Shown here in pieces: positions 61,739 through 64,000 of a DNA stretch of 64,000 bases. Numbering within the stretch: position 1 is the first letter of the stretch; each line of letters begins with the position of its first letter. The notes under the pieces are model-generated. The model was not told where the DNA came from, did no database searches, and saw nothing but the letters and a program-made list of their open reading frames with translations. Origin of the DNA: Azolla caroliniana (lineage: Eukaryota; Plantae; Polypodiophyta). Made by a program: the position numbers and the translations under genes. The DNA lies in contig JBHGNT010000012.1 of NCBI GenBank assembly GCA_043228905.1, positions 5,704,001 through 5,768,000 on the forward strand, written 5' to 3'.

Positions 61739-64000
61739 CCCGGGGACTCCACTATACATAAGAAGATTGTATCACGTGCGTTCATGACATCATTTATAAA
61801 CCCCTTATACGTATGGTTTTTACTATTTTAGTAACCCTTGTGTAGAAAAAAGATTAATAAAAATACCCCTTATTACCAATATATTTTTTGATAACCACCC
61901 ATTTTGAATACCCTTACATATAAAATATACATGCACACATAGGTTGCAATCCTAGAAGGGATCAATGACCATCTTTACAATTGATGACTCGCAAAATTAT
62001 GAATCGACATTAAACATCATATGCAAATTCCCAGAAATGCTTCATCAAGTGCCACATAGATTGAAAACACAATGTGTAAAGTACAAAGTAATGTACACAC
62101 AATTAGGAAACATTACCCAAAAACACTACAGGTATAACATATACAAGCCACATATAAGTTTTTGTTTTTAGTTTATTGAGACGTATTAAGAACATTGAGT
62201 GATAAAAAACAATGTAATTTACAATAAAACAATCTTGAACTTAACACATACATCTCAAAGAGCACATATGGAACAATCCAAAATGCATATCAATAATGAA
62301 ATTACTAACAAATTAACATTATGTTTGGTTTCATGGATATAGACTCATATAAAGCCATAATATTATTTTTTCTCAAACACATTGATCAAACAAATGGCAA
62401 CCTACTTCATATTTCCATTTGAAATGTAAGACATCATATATTCACATACTCTTACCCAAATCAAAATGAAATAAAATAAATCATTTTGTTATTGCAATAT
62501 CTACTTAAAAAACTTATTGCAATAAAGGTTACCCTTATAAAGACTGAGTATATAAAAAGAAAACCCTAAGAAGTTCATTTTAGGTTGTAAATTTCATGTC
62601 GTTTCCATCTTCAACATTGGACCTATATCATAAAATGTAACACCAAAAGCAAGAAATCTTAATATACATGGAAGTAAATATTATCTTAATATACATGGAA
62701 GTAAAGAAATCAAAAAATATATTTGGAATACCGTAGGTTTATATTTGGTTTCTACTCTTTTCTCCTTTTCCTATTAAAATAAAAAGCATAAATATTAAGT
62801 TACTTTAATACATATTATATATGTACATGTATGCAAGTATATAATTCAAAATAGCTTATATATACATACCTGGGTTTTATTTCCAAAAGAAAATCGTTGA
62901 AAACTTTACAATCGCTTTCATCTAACAGATAGTTATCACATTTTGCATTATATGTGAGGTTCGCTCATCCAATAATTGATTCAAAGTCAACCATTTTAAT
63001 ATCTGTCAAATCATATGCAAATAATCTACTCCCCTTAATCTTCCTATACCAACCAAGTTGTAATTGAACATCTTCAAGTCTATCGATCAAGTCAATTCCT
63101 CTCTTATACTCCACAAATTTATTTCCAATCTTTCTTCGCATCCTTTGTACTCGTCCTAAGTACCAAACAACATTTTTATTTGATATTCCTTTTCTTTTCG
63201 GTCTTGTTGAATTAACATCTTCTTCAGTAAAGAATACACCACAATCTGAACCAATCCCAATTAGGTTCCCATTTCCATTTAGGAAATCATTTGCATTCTC
63301 ACATGAGTAGAAGACCCCCTTCTCTTACACGTGTGAGTCTATCCTTTGACAATGTTGGATTACCATTTAGATGACTCACAAGTGTCGATTTAAATATAAT
63401 CTTAACATCCACTTGAACAATTGAAGAGACTTTAGAGTTCACATTGTTTTCATCCAATATAGCATCCAATTCATGGTGAATTTCACTTATTGCAATCTCA
63501 TCATCATTCTCCACACATTCATGCATTGTGAAGTTTTTATTGTGTTCAGCACATTCTTCATCATTTTTCTCTCCATATATATAACTCAATGATTGTTTTG
63601 TCTCAATCTCGGGATAATTCCACCATTGCCCATTGTGTTTAGGCTTCATATTTAACGACTCACATAAAATTTGGGCTTCTTTTAAACCTTCTTTAAGTGC
63701 AAAAACAAGTTGATCATCATTTGAGATATCAATGTAGTCTTTTAAGTTTGCAAGAGGCTTGTCATGCATGAAATTGAGTTTAGACCATATTGATTATTGC
63801 TTCTTCCGAGCTCTTGGAAAAACCAATCCATTATCAATGCACTCAAAATTGGCAAGCTTGTTTACATTTCCGCTACAATGCAAAACATCTGATATATCAA
63901 ACGCACGTTCTATACCAATCATTCCCCCTATTTTACTAAAAAATATCTCAACTCCATCAGACCCTGTGAGATGCAATGGACATTCTAAAAGTCACGAAAC
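61739..64000 (-). mobile_element. Unclassified DNA transposon 3' part with decayed transposase-like ORF (possibly P-element-like)
   Basis: CCCGGGG terminus shared with 24969. AATACCCTTA subterminal motifs. Minus-strand interrupted ORF ~62870-64000 (ECPLHLTGSDGVEIFFSKIGG...LSKDRLTRV...WYLGRVQRMRRK) ending at a CAG/GTATG donor-like site. Confidence 0.5.

Overview
Eukaryotic land-plant DNA, almost entirely nested transposable elements. A seed-free plant such as a fern is a guess from the repeat types and cannot be shown here. The only apparently intact host gene is an intronless FPF1-like gene (7964-8569) with an unusual Asn-rich insertion. The window holds four near-identical copies (A-D) of a young 5.46-kb Ty1/copia family with 287-bp LTRs, tRNA-iMet PBS and GC-rich 5-bp target sites. 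Copy B sits antisense inside copy A, and their LTRs are fused at a perfect 20-bp palindrome centred on the TATA box, which gives a spacer-less hairpin and a candidate dsRNA 'killer' locus. Other elements are older nested copia copies and a solo LTR, two decayed L1-type LINEs, two inverted defective MULE/FAR1 copies with shared stops, and a truncated hAT element whose 5' region contains an RPL21 retrocopy (split by copia D) and an OTU5/OTUD6B-like fragment. There is also a telomere-repeat filler at a deletion junction, and two ends of an unclassified CCCGGGG-terminated DNA transposon with a possibly P-element-like ORF. A 100-N scaffold gap (18685-18784) with a ~0.9-kb overlap duplication means the A/B structure needs read-level confirmation. 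All calls were made by eye, with no searches run.
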